Assembly (NCBI GenBank): GCA_964016885.1
Contig: OZ024741.1
Coordinates: forward strand, 69,812,001-69,876,000
Reading direction: 5' to 3'
Length of the DNA stretch: 64,000 nt
Source of the DNA: Eledone cirrhosa
Lineage: Eukaryota
Positions 14,657 through 27,084 of this stretch are shown one piece after another. Under the pieces are notes generated by a model, which worked only from the letters and a program-made list of their open reading frames with translations, searched no databases and was not told the DNA's origin. How positions within the stretch are numbered: the stretch's first letter is position 1; each line of letters opens with the position of its first letter. Position numbers and translations under genes: made by a program.

Positions 14657-14867
14657 CATACACCCCACTATATAACAAATTTAATATAGAAATGTCTTCT
14701 ACAGGACTAGAATTGTTTCTTTCGAAGGAAATCATCAGGAAAGCCCTACTAATGTATTGAGTACTTTACTTACTGTGGTTACCCTCGATTGGAGATGACA
14801 CACACACACACACACACACACATACATACACACACACACGCCCCCCCCCACACACACGCACGCACAT

Positions 14868-14913
<46 letters not shown>

Positions 14914-15653
14914 ATATATATACGACGAGCCTCTACACAGTTTCCGTCTACCAAATTCCATTCACAAATCATTATTGGTCAACCGGTCAACCGGAAATAT
15001 AAGAGAAAAAACACCACACTTGTCCATGGGACTGAACCCGAAACCAATGTGATTGTAAAACGAACTCCTTAACCACAAGGCCATGCCCACGCCTCTATTT
15101 GTTTATTTATTTATATATTTATTTATTCTACTTTTGCCGGAAGACAAGGCATTTTGGGGGCTGTGCCCTCAACACACTTTGTACCCATCTCATTGCAGTT
15201 TCAGTATCAAAAGCTAGATTTAATTAACTATTGCATGGTTGCACCAAGACATTCTGACACATTGAATTAAGATGGCGGCTTTTCACTTACTGTTATTTCT
15301 AATATGTTCCAAAATTTATTTGTTATATTTTTTATTTTAATTTTGTTTTATTTTTATTTATTTTTTACAAGCTTTGGCTTTGCTGTTGTTGTTTTAGCTT
15401 TCATTTTTAATAGTTCTTTCTTTATTTCGTTTTGTACTTACATTCTTTCTTTATTTCTCTCTTTCTTTCGTGCTTTCTTTCTTTTTTTTTTTGGCGTCGA
15501 GATCCTGGCGGCTCATTTTTTTTATTTTCCATTTTCCAGAAGCGTCCTTAACGCTACAATAGGCTAGCTGCACTCCAGCACACAAACATATGGTCAATTG
15601 CAATACTAGTCTAATTAGTGGCGGAATAATAATAATAATAATAATAATAGTGG

Positions 15654-15688
<35 letters not shown>

Positions 15689-16469
15689 TAGTTATTTTTG
15701 TAGGTGGTCGTAAGGGTGTGGATAGCCAGATAGCCAAATAGCCCTGTAGTAATAACATACATACATATATATATATACATACATACATGGTGGCTGCTAA
15801 CTCATTTTCGAGTACGGCCACTACTTTATATCCATGTAGGAAAACCCCTACCGATGCGCTGAACGAGTGTGACTTTTTAGTCCAGCCAGCGACTTGAAAA
15901 CTCTGGTACAAACACTACACTTGTGACAATTATTGACACATAGTGCTGGGCCCATGGTACCATGTGATGACAAGTGCAGAGAGATCTCCAGATATAAAGC
16001 AATGCCTGTGCCGTGAAGCTTTTATAGTGAGCAAATGCACTGCACAAAGCCAGTCCCACTCTCTTAACCAAGATGATATTTACCAAAAAGAAGAACAAGT
16101 CAACATCATTGGATACCATCAGGGTTACAGGTGTTATATCAGAGTTGTCATTCTCCTAGAATTCTGCCTTGACAAAGGCTAAGGGGTCATCTCTCCCGGT
16201 GATTTTGGATGGCCATTAACTCTTAAGAGCTCCTTTGCTCTTTGACAGGTTTTGTTTTTAGTCTTGCAGGATGTCTAAAGTCACCCTCCTCACCAAGAAA
16301 CCTTGGTGGGGTTGCCAGTTTAGTCTCCAACGACGCGACCATGGGACAGGTTGTACTGGGATACATGTTGCAAGTAGCACCAACTGGTGACCTGACATAC
16401 ATACATACATACATACATACATACATACATACATACATACATGCATACATACATACATACATACATACA

Positions 16470-16500
<31 letters not shown>

Positions 16501-16501
<1 letters not shown>

Positions 16502-16730
16502 ATATTAAAGATTAGCGAAAATGAGAATATTTATGCAGAACTGATGAGAAATCTGCAGATACTCCACCTTGATTACACCTTCAGATTTATGCCTGTGATT
16601 GTTGGGGCACTGGGGTATGTTAGTAACTGCCTCAATACAAATCTTGAGAAGCTGGGCTTCACAGGAACAGAAAGAACACAACTAGTTAGGAAATTACAAG
16701 TACAATCCATTAATGGAACAGTAAAAATAT
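16501..16730 (+). mobile_element. C-terminal fragment of an R4/Dong-like (restriction-like endonuclease) non-LTR element
   Basis: IYAELMRNLQIL..FRFMPVIVGALGYV..LEKLG..LVRKLQVQSINGTVKI, adjacent to (CATA)n. Confidence 0.7.
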
Positions 16731-16731
16731 A

Positions 16732-16913
16732 TAACGAAGGAGGTGTGGTAACGAACCAGATGGACCATAACGCACCAGAGTACTCAATACTTAGGAGGGT
16801 AGTAGAGTGGGTAATAGGAAAATGTTTAACCCCGACGGCAGAGCTCACGCCTTTTCGACGGCTATTATAGTCGTGGAAACGGCTTGAGCTCTGCCGTCGG
16901 GGTTAAACATTTT

Positions 16914-16918
<5 letters not shown>
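16732..16918. mobile_element. Short fold-back family (copies also at 26003-26128, 32503-32682, 42129-42345) carrying the 3' half of a hammerhead
   Basis: Shared GAAACGGCTTGAGCTCTGCCGTCGGGG and tail TAAGTATTGAGTACTCTGGTGCGTTATGG; all abut (TA)n. Confidence 0.8.
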
Positions 16919-16974
<56 letters not shown>

Positions 16975-17112
16975 AGGAGTTGACGGACCCAGCATATTTA
17001 TCAATGCCAAGACCGGTTGTATCGCAGTGTACTCAATGGGCAATATAAGATACATTCCTAGAGTATACACATAGTTATTCGCTTCAATACAACGCACCTA
17101 AAACGGGTGCCG

Positions 17113-17149
<37 letters not shown>

Positions 17150-17155
<6 letters not shown>

Positions 17156-17397
17156 GTTGAAGTTTCCGTGGAAAAAGGAAAAGGAATGAAGAGTGCTTTA
17201 TGTAAGTAACAGAGCTAAATATTTAATGTATAATAAACAACGCAGTATAATTACCTCATTACCCGAGGTTTCCCGAACAGGACGAACACAAGAGACGTCC
17301 GCATTCGTTCATCAGATAAGGCAATATAACATGTGTTCGTCCTGTTCGGAAAAACCTCGGGTAATGAGGTAATTATACTGCGTTGTTTATTATACAT

Positions 17398-17402
<5 letters not shown>
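17150..17402. mobile_element. Small fold-back insert with hammerhead 17254-17321(-)
   Basis: Arms ~17220-17290 / 17332-17402; minus ccttat-CTGATGA-acgaa..ttcgg-GAAA-cc[tcg]gg-TA-atgagg; TA flanks. Confidence 0.8.
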
Positions 17403-17454
<52 letters not shown>

Positions 17455-17493
17455 CTACTATATATATATATATATAGTTCTACTATATATATA

Positions 17494-17829
17494 TAGTAGA
17501 ACTTCGGTTCACGAATGCCTCGCAGCACGAACAAATCGCTTCACGAACAATTTTTCCGAACATAAAACGTCCCGGTTGACGGCGATGTCATGAGTAACGA
17601 ACACGCAAGCCGGCAACAATAACTGATGACAAGCTGGGAGTATCAACGGGAAAGCACCATTTGCTATGTAGTTACTATGGTAATATCTATCTGTCTTTCA
17701 CACACAGTCTCTCTCTCACTGTATTTTTCTCTCAACATTTCGTATGGAAAACGGTTTCGGCTTACGGACATTTCAAATGACAAACGGCTTCCGGAACGAA
17801 TTAAGGTCGTGAACCGAGGTTCCACCGTC
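17494..17829. mobile_element. Tigger/pogo-like MITE (left-end fragment also at 1510-1625)
   Basis: TIR ~CAGTGGAACCTCGGTTCACGA ... TCGTGAACCGAGGTTCCACCG. Confidence 0.75.
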
Positions 17830-17856
17830 TCTCACCGCCCTTCTCTCTCTCTCTCA

Positions 17857-17962
<106 letters not shown>

Positions 17963-17994
17963 GTGTGTGTGTGTGTGTGTGTGCGTGTGTGTAA

Positions 17995-18283
17995 ATGGTA
18001 AACAAAAATAACAGTTTGTGGAAGGAATATATTAGTTTAACGCTTGAAATAAAGTAGGAAGAGGGTCTGAACGTTTCGGGCGCTAGTCCTTCATCAGAAG
18101 AAAGGATGAGAAATTAGAAAGATTGAAGAAAAATAACAGGTCCATTCATGTTGCGATCTCTTGTAAAACTGTTGATGCTGGCGTTTTGTGTATGATATAC
18201 TTTTTAGAAAAGTGAATGATGGAGTGCGTCTACCTGAAATGGAAATATAGAGCGTATATAGAGCTATACGTATATGTACGCGT

Positions 18284-18346
<63 letters not shown>

Positions 18347-18490
18347 TAACTATACGTCCGTACGAAGCTAAGAGAATATGTGTGTGTATAAGTGAGTAAA
18401 AGAGTTTGTGTGCTTGTAAGTACGAAGCTGTGAACAAAAGTATGTTAATATAAGGGTGTGTGTCTGTCTGTGTGTGTGTTTGTGTGTGTA
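17995..18490 (-). mobile_element. 3' UTR/pLTR of the Neptune-like PLE with hammerhead (18066-18101); other copies at 13300-13525, 48895-49110, 30965-31050
   Basis: Shared sequence. Minus strand tctt-CTGATGA-a-ggac[tagc]gtcc-GAAA-cg-TT-aaga is intact at 48980-49015 and has a CTGGTGA variant at 13388-13421. Confidence 0.85.
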
Positions 18491-19062
18491 TACAACTGGA
18501 GAAAAGACGAAACAATACAAACAGAACATCAGTTTCCGATTGTCAGCCATCCTTGTTGGGTACATACATCCACGGTTTCCAGTATACTTTAGATCAAAGG
18601 TTCTCAACGGGGGGCATATGCACCCCCTGGGAGGCGTTTCGGAAATCCAGGGGGGCGTTTGGGAGCAAGGCGGCATTAGGGGGGCGTTTGGAGCTTTGGA
18701 GTGCACTGGAAGGCTCTTTACTTTGGTAAGTTTTATAAGCCATATTTGTATGTCTTTGAGACAGCCAGTGTGAATGCATTTGAATGAGCATGCAGACAGC
18801 ATAACTATGGTCTGACCACAGGTGTGGAGGCGTGTTTAGACATTAACCGGCAATTGAGATCCTAACAATGGAAAAATCCACAGTCAACTGGGTCAAGGAC
18901 ACTTCAATTGCAGCCAGTTAGAATCTTGTCTTTCCTTCACCGATAACAATGTATTTCATGTCTGAAATTATTGACTCAACCGTAACGAGTTAACACTATG
19001 TAGATCTATTTTATTTCCTATTGTATAAATAATATTACAAATAAAAAAAATAAAAAAAACAC

Positions 19063-19466
19063 AGAAGCGGGTAGCACACACATCTAGGACCACATACAAC
19101 ACATAATCAGATAATACACACATCTATGACCACATACAACACATAAGCAGGTAATACACACATCTAGGACTACATGCAACACATAAGGAGGTAGCACACA
19201 CATCTAGGACCACATACAACACACAGGCAAGTAATACATACATTTAGGACCACATACAACACATAAGCAGGTAATACAAACATCTAGGACCACATACAAC
19301 ACATAATCAGGTAATACAAACATCTAGGACCACATACAACACATAATCAGGTAATACATACATCTAGGACCACATGCAATACTTAAGCAGGTAATACCTA
19401 CATCTAGGACTACCTACAACACACAAGCAGGTAATACATACATCTAGGACCAAATACAACACACAT
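19063..19466. repeat. 40-bp minisatellite (~10 copies) inside the hAT
   Basis: Unit ~ACATAAGCAGGTAATACACACATCTAGGACCACATACAAC. Confidence 0.95.
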
Positions 19467-20517
19467 TGTATCATGTGCTACGGACGACGCTAGAGCAATG
19501 GTCAGCCAACATAAGGGTTTCGTCACTCTTCTGAAGAGAGAAAATCTATCTGTATTTGTTGTTCATTGTGTCATTCATCGACAACACTTGGTTGTGAAGA
19601 AACTCAGCAAGCCACTGAGCAAGTCCTTGCAGGTGGCCCTTGATGTCATCAATTTTATCAAACGGCATTCCCTCAATGAACGAATTTTCCGGCAACTGTG
19701 CCAAGATAATGACGAAGAATTCGTCAAGTTGCTCCTTCATAATGAAGTGAGGTGGCTTTCAAAGGGCAACTGCCTTACTCACTTCTTTGAACTGTTTGAC
19801 TCTATCATTGAGTTTCTGCGAGGACGCAACACAGAACTGTACAAGAAAACCCTCGATGTGAGGAAAAACTGCGCCTACCTCACCGACATCGTCAACAAAT
19901 GCAATAGCATCATTTTGGCTTTGCAGGGGAAGAAGATCACCTTGCTTAAAGCAAGGAATGCTGTGAAAACATTCCTGGCCAAATTGGATGTCATCAAAAG
20001 GAATCTTTGTTGACGGGAATTCTATAATTTTCCTAGTGTCGCCAATGTTCAAAACATTGTAAGCGATGACCAACTCCAAATTTATACCGCTCACCTCCGT
20101 GCGCTACAAGACAACATGAGAGAACGGTTTGTCGACCTTTTGCCGATGGACATCCCAATGTGGGTAGCAGATCCCTTCACAGCTAACGTCGATGATTTGG
20201 ACGTTATATTTCAGGAAGAATTCATTGAACTTCAAGCAGATGACATGATCAAAATTAGATTTCCCAAAATAGGTGAACCCCTTTTTTGGATGCAAGAGGA
20301 AATTCAGCGTCGATTTCCACACCTACATGCAGAGGCTAAGAGATTTGCTCTGCCTTTTCCAAGCTCATACTTAGTCAAGAGGAGGTTTGGTGCTGTTTCC
20401 AGACTGCACAGTAAGGCTCGCAACCGCTACAATGTAATTACAAGTGGAGATCTTACAAAAATCCAGCTTGACGTCAAAGAGTTAGCTAGACTCAATAAAG
20501 TTCAAGGGTCCCATTGA
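19467..20517 (+). pseudogene. hAT transposase remnant (N-terminus lost, stop at 20011-20013)
   Basis: CATDDARAM, HCVIHRQHL, LLHNEVRWLSKG, AYLTDI, LPFPSSYLVKRRF (catalytic E replaced by K), QGSH end; typical of the ZBED8/SCAND3/Buster family. Confidence 0.9.
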
Positions 20518-21699
20518 AATGAGGTCAAAGTTAAAGTAAGTTGATTTATCCGAAAACTTAGATATGCTATTGTTACAAAGCAAACTAACAATTTTTTATA
20601 TTTGTAGTTGCAGTCTGACTGGACTGGAAACCATCTACTACAATTCACTTACTCATTTGTTGTATATATTTTACCATTTACTAATAAATATACCCTCCCG
20701 TGTGGTCATGAAAACCCTCTTCTGTGGTCTCTAAGCTCACAAAGCAGAGGGGACATCAAGTTAGATATCAACATTTATTCTGTCTGTTTCATTAAAGGGA
20801 AAATTGGAAAGCTTTGAAATGATATAATTGCCACTTTCTTCCAGATAAGAGCACTCTTTGGATAGACAGAGTTGCTCTTGTATAAATGTTCAAAATAGTT
20901 GGTATCGCCTGGTGGGAATATAACAAATTCAACTGGTCCTTATTCATAAAAAAGAACATTTATGTTCCATTTTTTGAAATTTATATATTTCCTTTCAAGG
21001 AATATATTTATACTCCCAGCTGCCTGCAATGGTATCTTTGGAATATTGTTAATCAATTTTTTAGTAATCTACAGATATCAAAATCAGTAGTATATTGAAA
21101 AATGGAAAAATAGGGTAGGGGGGCGTTTCGTGATTTCGAGGGACAAAAGGGGGCGTTTGGCCTAAACGGGTTGAGAACCTGTGCTTTAGATGGTAACCAC
21201 TATTTTCAAAATATACCAGAGTGACAAGGAAAAATAACCCAGTATCAACCAAGGAAACGAACAACATGACGAAGTGGGCTAGTAACGAGGCAAAATAAAC
21301 CAGTCACTGCCTGGGGACGAAAAACAAGACGAAGTATAATCGTTAGATAATACACGATAAATTACAGGAGAGGAAAGAAAATGACAGACACGTACCTGTA
21401 GCGATATAATGAAACAAAATAGAGGAAATCTCTCTTAAATGAATTACAACAGCCAAGTTTTTAGACTGAAAGCAAAAATTGCGCAACACACACACACACA
21501 TACATGCGCATATATATATATACACACACACGTACCCACACACACACACGTACACACACACGTATATATATATATATGAAAATAAAGTATTATAATCAAT
21601 AAGAAGCATTGTGAGATATGTAATAAAAGACTGATACGATTTAAAAGGCTGGTACAATGTGGTAGAAATATATAAAAGGAAAAGAATGACAAATAAGAC

Positions 21700-21985
21700 A
21701 AAACAATGTGATTGTCTAATCAATAACGCATATGTGATCTACAAGGTCACATGCAAAAAAAATATGGCTCCTAGTGCATCGGAAATGCCATCTGGATTGT
21801 GAACATAGGGATCAAGGAGCAAGTAACGACGAGATCTTCTGTTAAAACATACCTTGACATGCCGCAGCTAAGAGATTGGGGTTACCATAGAGTCGATGTA
21901 AAGAAATGTGGACAATTTAAGAATCAAAGAGGCCATTATCATCAACCAGCAAAAAACAGAGATAAATAAACAGATTGGAAATGCA
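21700..21985 (+). pseudogene. Degraded PLE GIY-YIG fragment related to the intact element
   Basis: CLINNAYVIYKVTCK..IGIKEQ..RNVDNLRIKEAIIINQ..IN aligns with AYVVYRLECDK..RIKEH..RNLGNLRIKEALII..IN. Confidence 0.75.
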
Positions 21986-22279
21986 CGAAGCAGATTGGCT
22001 ACTGTAACGATTTCACGCATAAGTATTTCAGATACGTAGACCAATTAAGGAAGAACACATCGATCGTTCGTTTTTGTCTTGAACCGCTTCCGTTTTACAT
22101 TTAAAAAGAAAGTGATAACCCTGAAATACCATTTTAAAATATACTGGGTTAAACATTACTTTGTTTTGTTTTATTTGTCATCATTTGAGCATTATATATT
22201 TCTAGCGCATTGTACCGACATTTTGAAACTTATAAGTCATATCTAAATCTGTATATATATATATATATATAGTTATGCA

Positions 22280-22345
<66 letters not shown>

Positions 22346-22357
<12 letters not shown>

Positions 22358-24174
22358 AAGAATCAAAGAGCTGTTCAAAACATTATTGTGCTTACAGCTG
22401 TTTCCTCCAAACCGAGGTTTGGATTCTTCGGAGCAATTTATTAATGCATGGACAGTTATATGACCTCCTTTTCAGCCGAGAGACATACCGATCCATATTC
22501 AAACATTGTGGGTCAACATTCATTACAGAATTTAGAGTGGCAGTACACACTTCGAGATTACATTTATATTAAGAGGTACAATCAAAAATCAAAAATACAG
22601 GTTAAAATACAACATGAAGATAAGCGGTTATATAGTGGAAATGTTATGTGTGGCACGCATGTGCGTCTTGTTTATATAGTGTGGCAGAGAGATATGTGTG
22701 GTAGAGGCACTTAGGTAGGTAAACAAGAGTGTTAGGTTGGTAGATCTGGTGGCAAATTCTTTATATGATTGATATAGTCTGTGTGTGGAGAAATGTTATA
22801 AGCATTAAAAATAGTGCAAGCATTAAAAGTGTTAAAAGTATTGGAGATGCACAGCGAAGGGCTGTCAAGTATTTCATGTACTTCGACATTTTCATGGTCA
22901 GGGGAGTGTATTTTTCGATTATATGCCCCTCACATAATCCACGACAATTCGATATTGAGCGTTTGACAATCCAGTTAGAGATCGTAGTCTGGTGTTCTTT
23001 AGTTCAATACAGGAGGCTGTTACGTTTCGAGAAACGCCATTGAATACCACCCGGAAGTGTGTGTGTGGCTAAGGGGAGTTAATGCATGCGGGGAGGTAAC
23101 TCCGGGGTTTCTATACCTAGCTATTAAAATGTGTCACAATGTAGACCCTAAATTCTATGGTGATGCGCATCCTCCAAAAAAAAAAAGGAGGATGCGCATC
23201 ACCATAGAATTTAGGGTCTACATTGTGACACATTTTAATAGCTAGGTATAGAAACCCCGGAGTTACCTCCCCGCATGCATTAACTCCCCTTAGCCACACA
23301 CACACTTCCGGGTGGTATTCAATGGCGTTTCTCGAAACGTAACAGCCTCCTGTATTGAACTAAAGAACACCAGACTACGATCTCTAACTGGATTGTCAAA
23401 CGCTCAATATCGAATTGTCGTGGATTATGTGAGGGGCATATAATCGAAAAATACACTCCCCTGACCATGAAAATGTCGAAGTACATGAAATACTTGACAG
23501 CCCTTCGCTGTGCATCTCCAATACTTTTAACACTTTTAATGCTTGCACTATTTTTAATGCTTATAACATTTCTCCACACACAGACTATATCAATCATATA
23601 AAGAATTTGCCACCAGATCTACCAACCTAACACTCTTGTTTACCTACCTAAGTGCCTCTACCACACATATCTCTCTGCCACACTATATAAACAAGACGCA
23701 CATGCGTGCCACACATAACATTTCCACTATATAACCGCTTATCTTCATGTTGTATTTTAACCTGTATTTTTGATTTTTGATTGTACCTCTTAATATAAAT
23801 GTAATCTCGAAGTGTGTACTGCCACTCTAAATTCTGTAATGAATGTTGACCCACAATGTTTGAATATGTATCGGTATGTCTCTCGGCTGAAAAGGAGGTC
23901 ATATAACTGTCCATGCATTAATAAATTGCTCCGAAGAATCCAAACCTCGGTTTGGAGGAAACAGCTGTAAGCACAATAATGTTTTGAACAGCTCTTTGAT
24001 TCTTATATTTCATATAACTGCTCTGTAAATCATCTGATGTTTTTACATTGAGCTACTTAACTTACTGGTAATAAGGTAGTAATACATTACTGCCTACCAC
24101 TATTTAGGGTGTATGTAAAATACTTATAACTGCATAAGGTTTTGTATTTACATAACCATAGATAGTATAACTAA

Positions 24175-24177
<3 letters not shown>
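22346..24177. mobile_element. Non-coding fold-back element: 830-bp inverted arms around an A11 loop, hammerhead in each arm
   Basis: Arms 22346-23175 / 23187-24016 with one mismatch seen; HHR 23928-23972(+) and 22390-22434(-); right arm runs ~160 bp further; (TA)n on both sides. Confidence 0.9.
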
Positions 24178-24259
<82 letters not shown>

Positions 24260-24263
<4 letters not shown>

Positions 24264-24787
24264 AATAAAATATAGAGTTATTAACTCATATAGATACCCT
24301 GCAATTAACAAGCTCAAAGTATAAATACTGAGCATTATAATATTAATATGTGTAGAAGTAAACACAGTAAACCCATGTCTAAAATTACTAGGGTAGATTA
24401 CACCACAAATGTTATATATCATTCAACCTGAATCATATAGCATGTTACAAGATTTCTTACAAGATTTCTCATACATACCCTATCAATAACCATTTCATCT
24501 GCCGGACAGACTAAAGATTTAATCTGTTTCGCTCTGAATGAATCGTGTTTGTAACAAGTAATCCGTAGGCATTTCGTCAGCGAGAGATAAGACTAAATAT
24601 TACACAACACCTATAACAATAAATTCACTAAAGTTTACACCTCGTGCGTTGAAAGTCATATGCAGTGCGAAATAATAGCCTATTTACACTCATTTTTATA
24701 AGCTCAACAGATAAGGAGCCGAACTACAAATAAAATATAGAGTTATTAACTCATATAGATACCCTGCAATTAACAAGCTCAAAGTAT
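24260..24787 (-). mobile_element. Non-autonomous element with 63-bp terminal direct repeats (period 465 bp) and a hammerhead-like motif (24497-24588)
   Basis: Repeats 24260-24322 / 24725-24787; minus atctctcg-CTGACGA...GAAA-cagattaaa[tc]tttagtctg-TC-cggcagat. Stem II is weak. Confidence 0.7.
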
Positions 24788-25475
24788 GCTTTGCCTGGAT
24801 ACTTAGATGAGAATAGTCTTCCCTGACGACGGAATGTTTCTCTGTATTTTCTTCGGAAAATATATTTATTCCATTCCAGAAACTAATTAGTTGGAAGTGA
24901 TATTTTAGTAAGTAAGTTAATTTTATAATTTTCTTATTTTACGTCTCTCATATTATTGTTCTGCAACCCCATGCATTGAACCACAAAGTTACTAAGACAA
25001 AACCTATATATTTGCTAGCATTGATATGCATCTGTATGTATATATATGTTACTAGATATTAATTCTTTATAATTATCTCCAAATTATTTGTCGAGCAATA
25101 TTGGCCATGACTGCTGCTATGGTAGCAGGCAAGCCGCTGTCTTATTAGCAAACCACTTTCCACTGATTGACCTCGATGTCACGTGATTGATTCTTTTTGA
25201 ATTTGCCACCGACGCAGAGGCAGTGATTTTCTCAATGGCTAGGAATTCAGTCCAGGCTTTGCTATTTTCTATCCACTGAATTATTTTTTAATAAGTTTCC
25301 AGAGTCCACGCTTTGCCTGGATACTTAGATGAGAATAGTCTTCCCTGACGACGGAATATTTCTCTGTATTTTCTTCGGAAAATATATTTATTCCATTCCA
25401 GAAACTAATTAGTTGGAAGTGATATTTTAGTAAGTAAGTTAATTTTATAATTTTCTTATTTTACGTCTCTCATAT
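24788..25475 (+). mobile_element. Retrozyme-like non-autonomous element: 166-bp direct repeats (period 522 bp), each with a hammerhead
   Basis: Repeats 24788-24953 and 25310-25475; cttcc-CTGACGA-c-ggaat..attcc-a-GAAA-ctaattag-TT-ggaag at 24818-24897 and 25340-25419. Confidence 0.85.
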
Positions 25476-25676
25476 ATCTATATCTATATATATATATATT
25501 TATCTATACTTTATAAAGTCTATGTTTATAAAGTATTTCGGCTCTGTAATATACTTGTTATTTTACATTGAGCTATTCTCATACTTGTAATTGGATAATA
25601 TTTAATATTACTCACATTTTGTGTATATATATATATATATCTGGTGGTGTCCAGCAGAAGCAGGGGGGGGGGACAA

Positions 25677-25718
25677 CCGTCTCTGCATTTCAGGCTTGAT
25701 TGGCCTTCATCAGGACGG
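25677..25718 (-). ncRNA. Degenerate minimal hammerhead (U16.1 mutated to G)
   Basis: ccgtc-CTGATGA-aggc[caatcaa]gcct-GAAA-tgca-GA-gacgg. Confidence 0.65.
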
Positions 25719-25921
25719 TCCCTCCCACCGCTTGCAACTGCTGGACTAGAAGACAGGCGAGAATATATAGTTTTCTCGTCTGTGTAAATGAGGTGATTAA
25801 TCTAATTTGCGTATGACGCTGCATAAGTTGGCTCAACTTATAATAGAATAGAAATTTCTATACATATTTGTATAAAGCTATGCTTGAAGCGAAATCTTAT
25901 TTCTAACACACACACACACAC

Positions 25922-26004
<83 letters not shown>

Positions 26005-26139
26005 TAAAATATATGACCCCGACGGCAGAGCTCAAGCCGTTTCGACTAAATTAGAATTTTTAGCCTAAGTATTGAGTACTCTGGTGCGTTATGGTCCATC
26101 TGGTTCCTTACCACAACTCCTTCGTTATATATATATATG

Positions 26140-26171
<32 letters not shown>

Positions 26172-26380
26172 TATATACATGAAACTCTGCTTCGTAGAAT
26201 CGAGACGTATCTGAGGACCTTGCGATTTTCAGAGTCAGGTTCGATCATTGCATCGATCGTGCCTCGAGCTGGTCGCCAGAGAAACGGTTGTAATATGTCT
26301 AATAAATGTTATTCGTCGCACCACTTATTCTCCGTTTCTTATGTGATATATATATATATTAAAATAACAGTCACATATAC

Positions 26381-26505
26381 CTGGTCAAGTTATTTATGGT
26401 GTCCCACTTTCTTTTTAACTTTGTGTTTACTCTGGATGAAAAGGGTAGTAACTTTTGACACCAAGTGATTTGTGACCTCCTCAGACAATTCGATACGTAT
26501 CTGAC
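26381..26505 (-). CDS. Candidate exon E (125 nt, phase 0-2)
   Basis: aatag|GTC..CAG|gtatat; VRYVSNCLRRSQITWCQKLLPFSSRVNTKLKRKWDTINNLT; weak acceptor. Confidence 0.35.
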
Positions 26506-26526
26506 CTATTGCCGCTATAACTTCGA

Positions 26527-26549
26527 TGACAACAACGACCATGATGATT

Positions 26550-26599
<50 letters not shown>

Positions 26600-27053
26600 C
26601 TTGACGATGATGATGATACTATTGTTGACGACGGTGATTGTGATGGTGATGATGATGATGATGATAACGGCAATGATGTTGATGATGATGATGATGATGA
26701 TATTGATGATGATGATGATGATGATGATGATCTTGACGATGATGATGATGATGATGATGGTGGTGATGATGATACCATTGTTGACGACGGTGATGGTGAT
26801 CGTGGTGATGATGATGACGGCAATGATGATGATGATGATAATGATGATGATACTATTGTTGACGTCGGTGATGGTGATCATGGCGATGACGACGACGACG
26901 ACGACGACGACGACGATAACGACGACTACGACGACGACGACGATAACGACGACGACGATAACGACGACGACGATAACTACGACGATAACTACGACGATAA
27001 CGACGACGACGACGACGACGACGACGATAACGACGATAACGACGACGGCGATA

Positions 27054-27084
<31 letters not shown>

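Larger units (their letters stand above)
18595..21183 (+). mobile_element. hAT DNA transposon, Buster/Charlie type, internally deleted
   Basis: 14-bp TIR CAAAGGTTCTCAAC / GTTGAGAACCTGTG; perfect 8-bp TSD CTTTAGAT (18587-18594, 21184-21191) with central TA; subterminal GGGGGCGTTT repeats at both ends. Confidence 0.93.

Noticed and set aside
15451-15610. Possible terminal exon (LVLQLTICLCAGVQLAYCS...)
   Set aside because: Two frames are equally plausible and it conflicts with better downstream exon candidates; unresolved without RNA data.
22448-23914. Mirrored short ORFs in the palindrome
   Set aside because: No recognisable motifs; duplicated only because of the inverted repeat.
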